From an uncultured Acidobacteriota bacterium (GTDB lineage Bacteria; Acidobacteriota; Blastocatellia; RBC074): DNA of 64,000 nt. The translations under genes were made by a program, and so were the position numbers. The notes under the pieces are model-generated. The model was given only the letters and a program-made list of their open reading frames with translations. It did not search any database and was not told the origin of the DNA. Every line of letters starts with the position of its first letter. Position 1 is the stretch's first letter. Below are positions 20,627 to 31,171 of the stretch, piece after piece. The DNA lies in assembly GCA_963796275.1 (NCBI GenBank), contig CAWCKY010000001.1:1120001-1184000 (forward strand). The letters are read 5' to 3'.

Positions 20627-21991
20627 TCAGCTTCTGGTTTCATGGCCTGTTGGCGGCCACCAGTTGCCGGAGATGAGTAACATACTGAGTAGGTTGATAG
20701 TATCGCCGTAATAGCCCTCTCGCCAGTTTATGATAGTATCCCAACCGGAATTGAGGTATGACTGATGAGAGCCATCAACGATGCATGCTGCTATGAACGG
20801 GGCGGTAAACGCTAAACTACGATCGCTCACCAATTCCGTTCCGTCCAGCTTGTAACCTGCTTTAATCCCCACCGGGTTGGAGGCAGTTTTTTTCTTCAAC
20901 CAATTAACCATTTTGTCGGCGGCACCCTTCGTCTCGGGCGCACCATAATGTGCGTAAGCCGTCGCCATCCGCCACGGAAAGCGGCAGGCGTTCCAGGAGT
21001 AATCGCCGTCAGTGGTGGCTTCCAGGAACCTGGGTTGCGCCGGGCGAGCAGGTGATCCAACTACGAAATCGGGCACCAGCCCAGTTTCGGGCGAATATTC
21101 GGTGGTGATCTGTCGGATTAAGTCATAGACGGCGTTCGTGGCGTCGTTCCAGAAATCGTCTTGCGCGACTTCTCGATAAGCCATGAAATGGTCTACCATC
21201 CAATCGGAACTCCGTGTGGCCTGCTGGTTGGTAGACCAGCCGCCGAGAAGCACCCTCTTGGAAGAAAGGCTCATATCACTTTCTTTAATGCCATTGTTGA
21301 TCAAGCGTTTGGCCTCGTTGAGATACTTGATTCTATCGCTCGATCCCCACTGATGGTGAGCCAACAGGAGTGAGTAGGCGATATCCATATCTCCATCTGA
21401 TGCATTGTCCTGATCCTTGGAGGTCAACTCGCTCTTATCGATTACCCATGACATATTATCCGAATCGCCGGTGGCCCGGTGTTTGTCGAACATGTTGAAC
21501 ATGCCATCAAAATACTGTCTCGCCTGGCTGTCGTAACCTGCCATTAAAGCGAAGATGATCATACCGTAACCATGCGCTTCAGATGTCGTTATCTCATTTC
21601 CCGAACCGCCTGTCCCTCGGGTGAAGACATAATACCCGCCGCCAGGAGTAACTCCGTTGGATTGTTTGACGTAGGTATTTTTCCAATATTCGTAATAACT
21701 TATTATTGAGTTATTAATATCTGCCTGGGTGACGTGGTTTGGCTTAATACATCCCTGATAGTTGAGATTCTGCGGAAACGGCCGCGCAGATGCGGCCTTC
21801 ATAGAGGTTGACGATTTCGATGATTGCCCTTCCGACCCTGTCATCAAATACCATGCGCCTTGTATCGCTCCAGCCAGTTTAGCTCCATTACCGTTTATCT
21901 GTATGAACCAGAGTCCACCAATTAATCCGAGTATCAAAAAAAAGACAATCGATATCCGCTTCCTAGATAATCTATGCATTGAATAATTCAC
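20627..21991 (-). CDS. Glycoside hydrolase family 8 (chitosanase/glucanase-like), N-terminally anchored
   Basis: TTSEAHGYGM, ASDGDMDIAYSLL, TRSSDW, YSWNACRFPWR. Confidence 0.9.
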   Translation of the reverse strand: MNYSMHRLSRKRISIVFFLILGLIGGLWFIQINGNGAKLAGAIQGAWYLMTGSEGQSSKSSTSMKAASARPFPQNLNYQGCIKPNHVTQADINNSIISYYEYWKNTYVKQSNGVTPGGGYYVFTRGTGGSGNEITTSEAHGYGMIIFALMAGYDSQARQYFDGMFNMFDKHRATGDSDNMSWVIDKSELTSKDQDNASDGDMDIAYSLLLAHHQWGSSDRIKYLNEAKRLINNGIKESDMSLSSKRVLLGGWSTNQQATRSSDWMVDHFMAYREVAQDDFWNDATNAVYDLIRQITTEYSPETGLVPDFVVGSPARPAQPRFLEATTDGDYSWNACRFPWRMATAYAHYGAPETKGAADKMVNWLKKKTASNPVGIKAGYKLDGTELVSDRSLAFTAPFIAACIVDGSHQSYLNSGWDTIINWREGYYGDTINLLSMLLISGNWWPPTGHETRS

Positions 21992-22379
21992 TTTATAGCT
22001 AGCCTACAATAGCTCTTTATGTCAATAAAATGCCTCACCCGGCACGCACTCTCAGCCACGGTGAGGTTTCGCACTTTACATTATGTTATTTATTATGACC
22101 GCTCGGCTTCAACACTCAGCCCGGGCAAGGCAATTGTGTGCAGCCGACTTTGCTTTCACTTTCATCTTCAGCAACCAATGTGCCATCGTATAAACACCAA
22201 TTACTCAGTGCCGAACCTATTGCGAGTGTACGATAATGGTAATATTGTATGCTCCCAACACGTACAGAAAGAAGATAATTAGTAAACTGTGCATTAAACA
22301 ACTATGATAATGATCAGATCTTCCGAGTTTCCAATTTGTGGATTTATTGAGCCTCAGGCAATCAGTATTACAAAGATTG

Positions 22380-22535
22380 CCTCGCTTCGCTTCCGCCGCG
22401 TCGCGACGCTCTGGATGTATCCCGGCGTTCAACGCGTTTCAACGCCTTGTTATGATCAAACTTTCACACGAAATGTACACCTTCTTCGTCGCGTAGCGAC
22501 GGTGTGAAATTAGCCGAGCGTTTTAACGCCTTGTC
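22380..22535. repeat. Degenerate REP-like tandem element
   Basis: Two units, each with cgtcgc(gtag)cgacg followed by gcgttt(c/t)aacgccttgt. Confidence 0.55.
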
Positions 22536-22612
22536 ATTACCCAAACTTTGCGCTAATGGATCTCAGCCCCAACGTTGGGGCGGAGATCGTACAAATTCAT
22601 AGTTGGAGGAAA

Positions 22613-22825
22613 ATGGATAGGCAAGATGTTACTTCAACCAACATCAGGTCGATTGGTTACGACAACGACAGTGGAATGTTGGAAGTGGAATTCCATAACG
22701 GTGGAATCTATCAGTATCTGAATGTCCCCGAACTAGTATACGCGGCTATGATGAGTGCTTCGTCGAAGGGGAGCTATCTGAATAGCCAAATCAAGAAGCA
22801 GTATGAGTATAAGAAGATTCGCTGA
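22613..22825 (+). CDS. KTSC domain protein
   Basis: VTSTNIRSIGYD..LEVEFHNGGIYQY..ASSKGSYLN; SD ggagg. Confidence 0.9.
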   Translation: MDRQDVTSTNIRSIGYDNDSGMLEVEFHNGGIYQYLNVPELVYAAMMSASSKGSYLNSQIKKQYEYKKIR

Positions 22826-23529
22826 GGGAACATCACATCGCCCAAAATAGTAGCATGTGTTTAACGAACGTGCTAGCTTGACTATAATCTGTGGCCTTCC
22901 AGCCAAGGGCCCACGCCCCTGGCTGGAATTTGTGACCACATTGAGGCTGAAGACACCATCTAAACTCTTTATAGAACCCTTCTACCTACTGCAATATGTG
23001 TCATCACATTTTTGATTCCACCTGGTAAGTCGGAAACAAGTTCTAATGTTATATGTTATTGCTACTTTTTAAGATTTAATCTCGCGTCATATTCTTTGAA
23101 ATTAGGTGAAGCCAATTATGCAGCAGGATTAGGTTTCAGGATATAACTAAGCAAGGTATATGCCACAGGCAAAATCATCCTTACAAGCTTCAGGGCATAA
23201 TAAAATGTATGGGTCCCATATGATGATATGCCAGACACTAATACAGGGCTGCCTGTGTTTGGTTCTATATTGGTTTGGGATTTTGAGAGAGAGTAAGTAT
23301 AATTCAAGATAACTGGCAGCAATGATATCCTAATATATACCCATAAGGGTGGCTGAGGATGCTGTCGATCTGGGGGCACCGAAAGGGGCTCCCATTCTAA
23401 TAATATTTCAATTTCGGGACGCTCATCTCTCTTGACAAGAAGAACATGCTTGCATAGTTTTCGTCTGGAAAACGATTACTTGGAAGCACACCCAATCAAA
23501 CCCCTGATTGAGCTCTGGTTTAGTATGCA

Positions 23530-25107
23530 ATGAATCCCACTTTTGTGCTTGAAATGAAGGGAATCGGCAAGCGGTTCCCAGGTGTGGTTGCGCTGGATGG
23601 CGTAAATCTCGAAGTTCGTTCTGGCGAAGTAGTGGCCGTCATCGGTGAGAACGGAGCGGGAAAATCGACGCTCATGAAAATTCTCGGCGGCGTCACGGCG
23701 CCGGATGCGGGAACGCTTTCCGTCGCGGGGCAGGGAGTCGAAATTCGTTCGCCGCGCGATGCCACCCAACTCGGCATAGAGTTCATCCATCAGGAACTGA
23801 GCGTGCTTGATAACCTCGATGTCGCGGGCAACATTTTCCTGCGGCGCGAACCGATCCTCGACGGCCCGCTCAAGATTTTTAAGCTGATCGATCGAAAACG
23901 TATATACGCTGAAGCCGATCGGTATTTGCAAAAGATCGGGCTCGATATACCGAGCCGCACGCCTTTGAGCCGGCTTTCCATTGCGCAACAGCAGCTTGTC
24001 GAGATTGCCCGTGCGCTTTCGGCAGGCGCGCGCATCCTCATAATGGATGAACCGACATCCAGCCTGACTCTGAGCGAAACCCGGCGGCTGCTCGATATAA
24101 TCAAGGATTTTAAAGCCCATAATGTGAGCGTCATCTACATCTCGCATCGCCTCGATGAAGTTCAGGAGATAGCCGACCGCGTTGTCGTGCTACGTGATGG
24201 GCGCAATGCCGGCCACCTCGAGCGGGACGAGATCAACCACGATCGCATGGTGCGATTGATGGTGGGCCGCGATCTCAAGGACTTCTATCTGCGCACCTCC
24301 AATGGTGCGGAAAGCCACGATCCGAATTGGTTCAGCGTGAGCCGACTGCGGACATTGAGATATCCGCAACATTCCGTTTCGTTCACCGTTGGCTGGGGCG
24401 AAGTGCTGGGATTTGCAGGTCTTGTCGGCGCGGGGCGCTCGGAACTGGCGCGCGCAATTTTCGGCGTCGAGCAGATGATCGGCACTGAGATAAAGCTCGC
24501 CGGTAAACCGCTCAAAATCAGGTCCTCGCAGGATGCCATATCCGAAGGCATATATTTGATTCCGGAAGACCGCCGCCTTTCAGGACTGGTCGTCGACTTC
24601 AGCATCCGCGAAAATATTTCGCTGCCGGGACTGGATCGATATTCGATCGCGGGACTGGTGCAATCGGGGAAAGAGATGAAGATCGCCAGGGAGATGTGCC
24701 GCCGGATCAGCATCAAGACGCCATCGCCTGAGATCAGAGCCGCGAACCTGAGCGGTGGCAATCAACAGAAGGTCGTTCTCGCTAAATGGCTGGCCCTCAC
24801 GCCTAAGGTCTTGATATTCGATGAGCCGACGCGCGGGATCGATGTGGGCGCAAAAGCTGAAATTTACGGTCTTATCCGCGATCTCGCGCGCGAGGGTGTC
24901 GCCGTCATTGCCATCAGCAGCGATATGGAAGAGGTGCTCGGTATCAGCGACCGCATCGCCGTCATGCACGAAGGGCGCATCACGGGTATTCTCAATCGCG
25001 GACAATTCAGCGAGGAAGCGGTAATGCACTTGGCAACGGGGCAAACGGGGCAAACGGGGCAAACGGGGCAAGCAAAGCAATCAAAGCAAACGGGAGGAGA
25101 AAGATAG
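23530..25107 (+). CDS. Sugar ABC transporter ATP-binding protein (RbsA/MglA type)
   Basis: GENGAGKST, DEPT, LSGGNQQKV, DEPTRGIDVGAK. Confidence 0.95.
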   Translation: MNPTFVLEMKGIGKRFPGVVALDGVNLEVRSGEVVAVIGENGAGKSTLMKILGGVTAPDAGTLSVAGQGVEIRSPRDATQLGIEFIHQELSVLDNLDVAGNIFLRREPILDGPLKIFKLIDRKRIYAEADRYLQKIGLDIPSRTPLSRLSIAQQQLVEIARALSAGARILIMDEPTSSLTLSETRRLLDIIKDFKAHNVSVIYISHRLDEVQEIADRVVVLRDGRNAGHLERDEINHDRMVRLMVGRDLKDFYLRTSNGAESHDPNWFSVSRLRTLRYPQHSVSFTVGWGEVLGFAGLVGAGRSELARAIFGVEQMIGTEIKLAGKPLKIRSSQDAISEGIYLIPEDRRLSGLVVDFSIRENISLPGLDRYSIAGLVQSGKEMKIAREMCRRISIKTPSPEIRAANLSGGNQQKVVLAKWLALTPKVLIFDEPTRGIDVGAKAEIYGLIRDLAREGVAVIAISSDMEEVLGISDRIAVMHEGRITGILNRGQFSEEAVMHLATGQTGQTGQTGQAKQSKQTGGER

Positions 25108-25113
25108 TTTGAT

Positions 25114-26118
25114 ATGAAAAAGGAACTTGGTATTTTCGTGCTCCTCGTAATTTTGTGTGCGATTGTATCGATAAAAACCCCGAGTTTTCTGAATGCAACC
25201 AATCTGCAGAATACCGGCCGTTTAATCGGTGCATTTGGCATCTTCAGCCTCGGCCTCGGGCTCGTCATCATCACAGGCGGCATCGAGCTGTCGGTTGGCT
25301 CGATGATGGCGCTGCTCGGCGTATTGCTCTCGATCATGCTCACCGAATGGCATCTGGGAGTCTTGCCCGCGATACTCTTATGTCTCCTCGTGGTGATGGG
25401 GCTAGGGTTGCTGCACGGATGGCTGGTGACCCGTGTAAAGATACAGCCGTTCATTGTCACGCTCTGCGGGCTGCTTCTATATCGCGGACTTGCCCGTTTC
25501 ATAGCTGAAGATGAGACCAAGGGGTTCGGCAGCTCCCAGGGTTTCGAGGGTTTGCGCTTCCTGGCGAGCGGGAATCTTTTCGGCATCCCGATGCCGTTCG
25601 TGTTACTGATAGTCATCAGCGCCATTATGTGGGTCTTCCTGCATCGCTCCGTCTTCGGCCGCTATCTGTTAGCGGCTGGCCGCAACGAAGAGGCGGCGCG
25701 CTATTCGGGCATCAACACCAACCTGATCATCGCGTCCGCTTATGTCATCGCAGGGGGGTTGACGGCCATATCGGGAATTATCTTCGCCTTTTATACCAAC
25801 TCCATTTCACCGGCATCGCACGGAAATTTCTATGAACTATATGGAATCGCTGCGGCGGTTTTAGGCGGCTGCAGCCTGCGAGGAGGAGAGGGATCGGTCA
25901 TCGGCATCCTGATCGGAACGGCGCTGCTGCAGGTGTTGCAGAACCTCGTCAATCTTTTGGATATCCCCAGTTCGCTGAACTTCGCTGTCATGGGCGCGGT
26001 GATTTTGCTTGGTGTGCTGGCCGATCAATTCTTCACCACGCGCCGGAGCCGGAAACAGCTCGCTTTGTTGAGAGAGTCAGCGAAAGCAGATATGAGCAGA
26101 GCCGAGGGGGCTGTTTAG
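25114..26118 (+). CDS. Sugar ABC transporter permease (RbsC type)
   Basis: GGIELSVG, PFIVTL, GRNEEAARYSG, AAVLGG. Confidence 0.95.
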   Translation: MKKELGIFVLLVILCAIVSIKTPSFLNATNLQNTGRLIGAFGIFSLGLGLVIITGGIELSVGSMMALLGVLLSIMLTEWHLGVLPAILLCLLVVMGLGLLHGWLVTRVKIQPFIVTLCGLLLYRGLARFIAEDETKGFGSSQGFEGLRFLASGNLFGIPMPFVLLIVISAIMWVFLHRSVFGRYLLAAGRNEEAARYSGINTNLIIASAYVIAGGLTAISGIIFAFYTNSISPASHGNFYELYGIAAAVLGGCSLRGGEGSVIGILIGTALLQVLQNLVNLLDIPSSLNFAVMGAVILLGVLADQFFTTRRSRKQLALLRESAKADMSRAEGAV

Positions 26119-26188
26119 AAAAAAGTTTGACCACGAAATCTCACAGGGATCGAATGGCATAAAGTGGTGAACTTCCCCTTTAATTAGT

Positions 26189-27238
26189 ATGCAAAACAAC
26201 GAACCGATCTGCGGGACATGGGAAGAGCGATGGCATCCGCTGCGCGAGGAGTGGGTGATCATAGCTGCGCACCGACAGAACAGACCGTGGAGCGGTGAGA
26301 CGGTCAGCAGCAATGAGGCGCCCGTCCCTCGTTATGTTGAAGATTGTTACCTTTGTCCGGGCAACCGGCGGGTGAGCGGCAAAGATAACCCTGACTATGA
26401 TGGCGTTTTCGTTTTCGACAACGATCATCCTTGCGTCGGGGCGGATGCGCCGCTAGCTTTGAAACAGGCGCCTGGCATAAATCGCAATCGTCCAGCGCAG
26501 GGCATTGCGCGCGTCGTCTGCTACACGCCGCGTCACGACCTCTCCCTGGCTGAACTCGAATCCGTCGAGATCGAGAATCTGATCTCAGCATGGCAGCAGC
26601 AGTATGTCGACCTCGGCAATCGTCCCGAGATCAACCACGTGTTGATCTTTGAAAATAAAGGCGAGGTCGTCGGGGTGTCGAACCCGCATCCGCACTGCCA
26701 GATATACGCGACGAATTTTGTCTTCAAAACTATCGAGACTGAGGCTATGGCGAGCCGACGTTATCTGAAAGAAACAGGGCGTACGTTATTTCAGGACATC
26801 ATCGCATCTGAGCAGCAGGATGGCAGGCGCGTCATCAGCGAAAATGAGACGGCGATCGCCTTCCTGCCATATTTTGCCCGCTATGCGTATGAAGTGTTTG
26901 TCGCGCCGAAGCAGACGCATGCAAACCTCGCTTCATTGAGCGATGCAGAGGCGCGCGATCTCGCCGGGGTTTTGCGAGATGTGCTGATCCGCTTCGATAA
27001 CCTGTGGCAGGTCTCTTTCCCCTACGTCATGCCGCTTCACCAGGCGCCGACCGATGGCGATGATCATCGCGGGTTTCATTTTCACATCGAATTTCATCCG
27101 CCGCTGAGGAAACCGAATTTACTGAAATATCTCGCCGGACCGGAGATCGGTGGGGGCAACTTTCTGAGCGATACATCACCTGAAGAGAAAGCGGCCGAGC
27201 TGCGCGCCCAACCAGTTGTTCATTACAAAAGGGGATAA
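26189..27238 (+). CDS. galT: Hexose-1-phosphate uridylyltransferase
   Basis: [20 protein letters not shown] catalytic HPH. Confidence 0.9.
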   Translation: MQNNEPICGTWEERWHPLREEWVIIAAHRQNRPWSGETVSSNEAPVPRYVEDCYLCPGNRRVSGKDNPDYDGVFVFDNDHPCVGADAPLALKQAPGINRNRPAQGIARVVCYTPRHDLSLAELESVEIENLISAWQQQYVDLGNRPEINHVLIFENKGEVVGVSNPHPHCQIYATNFVFKTIETEAMASRRYLKETGRTLFQDIIASEQQDGRRVISENETAIAFLPYFARYAYEVFVAPKQTHANLASLSDAEARDLAGVLRDVLIRFDNLWQVSFPYVMPLHQAPTDGDDHRGFHFHIEFHPPLRKPNLLKYLAGPEIGGGNFLSDTSPEEKAAELRAQPVVHYKRG

Positions 27239-27240
27239 GG

Positions 27241-27340
27241 GGTAATGGATAATTGATAATGGATAATTGATAATTCGCATGAGTTGTTGCCACAGGCTGT
27301 CAGAATTATCCATTATCAATTATCCATTATCAATTAATTA
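27241..27340. repeat. Inverted heptamer tandem array (GATAAT(T/G) / (A/C)ATTATC)
   Basis: ggataattgataatggataattgataatt ... aattatccattatcaattatccattatc. Confidence 0.8.
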
Positions 27341-27343
27341 TTT

Positions 27344-28792
27344 ATGTTGTTTCGAATCGAGCACGGTTCAATCCAGCGTCTTTCCGACACGGCAGCCTTC
27401 ATCGAATTGCTCAACAACTTTCCCCTGTCGTCTCTCTTTCATCCCGAGCGGGAATTAATCGTGACGCGTGCGCCGGGCCGCCTGGATTTAATGGGTGGGA
27501 TTGCGGACTATTCGGGCTCGCTGGTTCTGCAGCTTCCTATCGACAACGCATCGCACGTCGCGCTGCAATGCCGGGATGACGAGAAGATTCGTATCATTAG
27601 TCTGATGGATGATCCGAAGGAGCCCCCTCGTAGGATTGAAATGCAGCTCTCGGAATTTCGAACGAATGGGGAACTGATTGATTACGATGTAGCCCGAGAT
27701 CGTTTCAGCAGGGATCCGGCGGATCACTGGGCCGCTTATGCCGCCGGCGCATATCTCGCGTTAATGCGCGAGAAGCGGGCCAATTTCAAGTGCGGCGCTA
27801 CCATTCTGATCAGCTCGCAGGTGCCCGAGGGCAAAGGCGTCAGCTCCTCCGCGGCGCTCGAAGTATCGGTAATGCAGGCCATCGCCAGCGCCTATGAAAT
27901 AGATATCCCGCCCTATGAGCTGGCGTTTCTCTGCCAGAAGGTTGAGAACCTCATTGCGGGCGCGCCGTGCGGTCTGATGGATCAGATGACCGCGGCTTGC
28001 GGTGAGGCGGATCGTTTGCTCGCATTGCTCTGCCAGCCCGGTGAATTGATGGGAACGGTGAAACTGCCCGATGAGCTGCGGGTCTGGGGGATCGATTCCG
28101 GCATTCGCCACGCCGTCGCCGGAGCGGATTACGGGACAGTCCGCACCGCCGCTTTTATGGGCTATCGGATGATTGCCGAAATTGCCGGTCTGAAAGCCAG
28201 CCAAACGGGAAAGACAGGGTTGGTTAAGATCGACGATCCGAAATGGAACGGCTATCTCGCCAATGTGACGCCGGCAGAGTTCGAACAATATTTCGCCGGC
28301 CATCTGCCGGACAGGTTAGCGGGCGAAGAGTTCTTGAAGCGATTCGGGGGGATCACCGATCCGGTGACATCTGTGAAGCCGGAGGTCGTTTATCCTGTAT
28401 TTCAAGCGACGCGACATCCGATCTACGAGCACGCGCGCGTCCGGACTTTTGCGGAGATCTTGAAAAGTTGGAGTGGCATTGATCAGGGTGCCCAGCTCGG
28501 AGAACTGATGTACCAATCACACGACAGCTACTCCGCCTGCGGTCTTGGCTCATCGGGAACGGACGAGATCGTCAGGCTAGTCCGTGAAGATGGGATCGAC
28601 AATGGGCTCTATGGCGCGAAGATAACGGGAGGCGGGAGCGGCGGCACGGTCGCCGTGCTCGGGAACCGCGATACTGAGAAGACGGTAAACGAATTGACCG
28701 AAAAATATGTATCACATACCGGACATAGGCCGATCGTTATCTCCGGATCATCTCCGGGAGCAGGCGTCTTTGGTCATCTGAAATTATGTTAG
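27344..28792 (+). CDS. GHMP sugar-1-kinase, plant L-arabinokinase-like
   Basis: [43 protein letters not shown]. Confidence 0.85.
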   Translation: MLFRIEHGSIQRLSDTAAFIELLNNFPLSSLFHPERELIVTRAPGRLDLMGGIADYSGSLVLQLPIDNASHVALQCRDDEKIRIISLMDDPKEPPRRIEMQLSEFRTNGELIDYDVARDRFSRDPADHWAAYAAGAYLALMREKRANFKCGATILISSQVPEGKGVSSSAALEVSVMQAIASAYEIDIPPYELAFLCQKVENLIAGAPCGLMDQMTAACGEADRLLALLCQPGELMGTVKLPDELRVWGIDSGIRHAVAGADYGTVRTAAFMGYRMIAEIAGLKASQTGKTGLVKIDDPKWNGYLANVTPAEFEQYFAGHLPDRLAGEEFLKRFGGITDPVTSVKPEVVYPVFQATRHPIYEHARVRTFAEILKSWSGIDQGAQLGELMYQSHDSYSACGLGSSGTDEIVRLVREDGIDNGLYGAKITGGGSGGTVAVLGNRDTEKTVNELTEKYVSHTGHRPIVISGSSPGAGVFGHLKLC

Positions 28793-28794
28793 TA

Positions 28795-28860
28795 GTGTGC
28801 AGTGTTCAGTTTTCACTAGTGATTTCCAACTGAAAACTGAAAACTGAAAACTGAACACTT
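28795..28860. repeat. Inverted heptamer array (CTGAAAA)n
   Basis: agtgttcagttttca ... tgaaaactgaaaactgaaaactgaacact. Confidence 0.75.
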
Positions 28861-28893
28861 GTTTGATGAATCCACTTGGGAGTTCGAACATAA

Positions 28894-29880
28894 ATGGCGA
28901 TTCTCGTAACTGGCGGGGCAGGCTACATCGGCAGCGTAATGGTTGAGCTGCTCTCCGACCGAGGTGAAAAGGTTGTAGTGCTGGACAATCTCATGCGGGG
29001 CCACCGCGCCGCTGTTGACCCAAATATACCATTCTATCAGGGCTGCGTCGGCGACCGTGAGTTGGTCGCCTCGATCTGCCGTGAGCACGACATCGAAGCC
29101 TGCATCCATTTCGCGGCGCTGGCATATGTCGGTGAGTCGGTAGGCTCGCCGAAGCTCTATTTCGAAAACAACGTCGAGAAAGGGATTGCGCTGCTCGATG
29201 CCGTGATTGGTGCGGGCGTCAGGAATTTCGTCTTCTCTTCGACATGCGCCACCTACGGCGAACCGGTGCGCATACCGATCGACGAGCAGCATCCTCAACA
29301 ACCGACCAATCCATATGGCTGGTCCAAGTTTTTTCTCGAGAAGGTTCTCGCGGCTTATGATCATGCTTACGGCCTCCGCTACGTCTCGCTCCGCTATTTC
29401 AATGCTGCCGGCGCGACCGGTGTGCGCGGTGAGCATCACCATCCCGAGACCCACCTGATCCCCAGCGTATTGTTCACCGCCATGGGCAAAATCCCGCAGG
29501 TGACGGTCTTTGGGGACGACTATCCGACCCCCGACGGGACTGCGATCCGCGATTACGTTCACGTCGTCGATCTCTGTTCCGCTCATATTCTCGCGCTCGA
29601 TTATCTGCGGAATGGTGGAAGTTCCGAGTCGGTTAATCTGGGCACGGGGCAAGGATATTCCGTGATGGAACTGATTGAGACGGCGCGTAGTGTGACGAAC
29701 CGCCCGATTAAGGTGGAGATTGCACCCAGGCGACCGGGCGATCCTTCGCGCCTGATCGCCGATTCTGAAAAAGCCAGATCGGTTCTGGGCTGGCAGCAAC
29801 TCCTGTATCCAAATCTGAGATCAATCATTGCAACTGCGTGGGAATGGCACAAAGCGCATCCCGATGGCTACGGAATTTAA
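28894..29880 (+). CDS. galE: UDP-glucose 4-epimerase
   Basis: [32 protein letters not shown]. Confidence 0.93.
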   Translation: MAILVTGGAGYIGSVMVELLSDRGEKVVVLDNLMRGHRAAVDPNIPFYQGCVGDRELVASICREHDIEACIHFAALAYVGESVGSPKLYFENNVEKGIALLDAVIGAGVRNFVFSSTCATYGEPVRIPIDEQHPQQPTNPYGWSKFFLEKVLAAYDHAYGLRYVSLRYFNAAGATGVRGEHHHPETHLIPSVLFTAMGKIPQVTVFGDDYPTPDGTAIRDYVHVVDLCSAHILALDYLRNGGSSESVNLGTGQGYSVMELIETARSVTNRPIKVEIAPRRPGDPSRLIADSEKARSVLGWQQLLYPNLRSIIATAWEWHKAHPDGYGI

Positions 29881-29905
29881 CGATAGATTCAAAATGGAGA
29901 ATAGT

Positions 29906-31045
29906 ATGGGCAAGATACTCACATCGATGGTTTTGATCGCTGCAGTAATGTTCACCGGCGGTTTCGGTGAGAAAGGCAAGGCGAGTTTGAAGAAAGAAAG
30001 TTTCGGTAAAACGACGGATGGGCAGGAAGTGGAGCTTTACACGCTGAGCAACGCTAACGGAATCGAGACCGAGATCGCCACTTACGGCGGCATCGTAGTT
30101 TCAATCAAAGTGCCGGACCGCAACGGCAAGATCGATGATGTGGCGTTGGGGTTCGATACGCTGGATGGTTACCTGAAAGGTCATCCTTTCTTCGGGGCAC
30201 TCGTCGGCCGTTACAGCAACCGCATCGGCAAAGCAAAGTTCACGCTCAACGGCAAGGAGTACAAGCTCGCGGTAAACAACGGCGAAAACACGCTGCACGG
30301 CGGCACCAAGGGGTTCGACAAAGTTGTCTGGAAAGCCAAGCCGGTAACGGCGAAAGACGGAGTCGCCCTCGAGCTCTCCTACCTGAGTAAAGATGGTGAA
30401 GAGGGGTATCCGGGCAACCTTTCGGTGAAGGTCATTTACACGTTGACCAATAACAACGAGCTGAAGGTCGATTACTCCGCGACCACGGACCAGGACACGG
30501 TTGTGAATTTAACCAATCACTCTTACTTCAATCTGGCGGGCCAGGGAAACGGCGATATTCTCGGTCATCAGATCCAGATCAACGCAGATCGCTTCACTCC
30601 TGTCGATTCGGGATTGATACCGACCGGAGAGCTCCGCAGCGTCAAGTCGACGCCGTTCGACTTCACACAATTGACGGCCATCGGGGCGCGGGTGAATCAG
30701 GATGATGAGCAATTGAAGTTGGGCAAAGGTTATGACCACAACTTTGTGATCAATGGGAAAGCGGGAACGTTGAGGCTCGCCGCCAAAGTTGTCGAGCCTA
30801 CGACAGGCCGTGTGATGGAGGTCTCGACGACGGAGCCGGGCGTCCAGCTTTATATCGGCAATTTCCTCGACGGAAGCCTTAAAGGTAAGGAGGGCAAAGT
30901 CTATAACGCGCGCTACGGATTCTGCCTCGAGACGCAGCATTTTCCGGATTCGCCCAACAAGCCCGATTTCCCGACAACGGTTTTGAAGAAAGGCGGCCGC
31001 TACCAGACGACTACCGTATATAAGTTTTCGACGGATAAGAAGTAG
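29906..31045 (+). CDS. galM: Aldose 1-epimerase with predicted signal peptide
   Basis: GRYSNRI, LHGG, TNHSYFNL, GYDHNF, CLETQHFPD; hydrophobic N-terminus. Confidence 0.93.
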   Translation: MGKILTSMVLIAAVMFTGGFGEKGKASLKKESFGKTTDGQEVELYTLSNANGIETEIATYGGIVVSIKVPDRNGKIDDVALGFDTLDGYLKGHPFFGALVGRYSNRIGKAKFTLNGKEYKLAVNNGENTLHGGTKGFDKVVWKAKPVTAKDGVALELSYLSKDGEEGYPGNLSVKVIYTLTNNNELKVDYSATTDQDTVVNLTNHSYFNLAGQGNGDILGHQIQINADRFTPVDSGLIPTGELRSVKSTPFDFTQLTAIGARVNQDDEQLKLGKGYDHNFVINGKAGTLRLAAKVVEPTTGRVMEVSTTEPGVQLYIGNFLDGSLKGKEGKVYNARYGFCLETQHFPDSPNKPDFPTTVLKKGGRYQTTTVYKFSTDKK

Positions 31046-31055
31046 GGACCGCGGC

Positions 31056-31167
31056 ATTGTTAATTGTTCATTGTTAACTGTTAATTTGTCATTGAATGAG
31101 CCGCGTAATCTTCAATGACAAATCAACAATGAACAATGAACAATTAACAATGAACAATGAACAATGC
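31056..31167. repeat. Inverted heptamer array between convergent galM and uvrB (possible bidirectional terminator)
   Basis: cattgttaattgttcattgtt ... aacaatgaacaatgaacaattaacaatg; same family as 326-414. Confidence 0.75.
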
Positions 31168-31171
31168 CTCC

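Noticed and set aside
22826-23400. AT-rich segment with short ORFs and a GAAA-capped hairpin near 23370-23395
   Set aside because: Frames are interrupted and match nothing I recognise; the hairpin does not fit group II intron domain V
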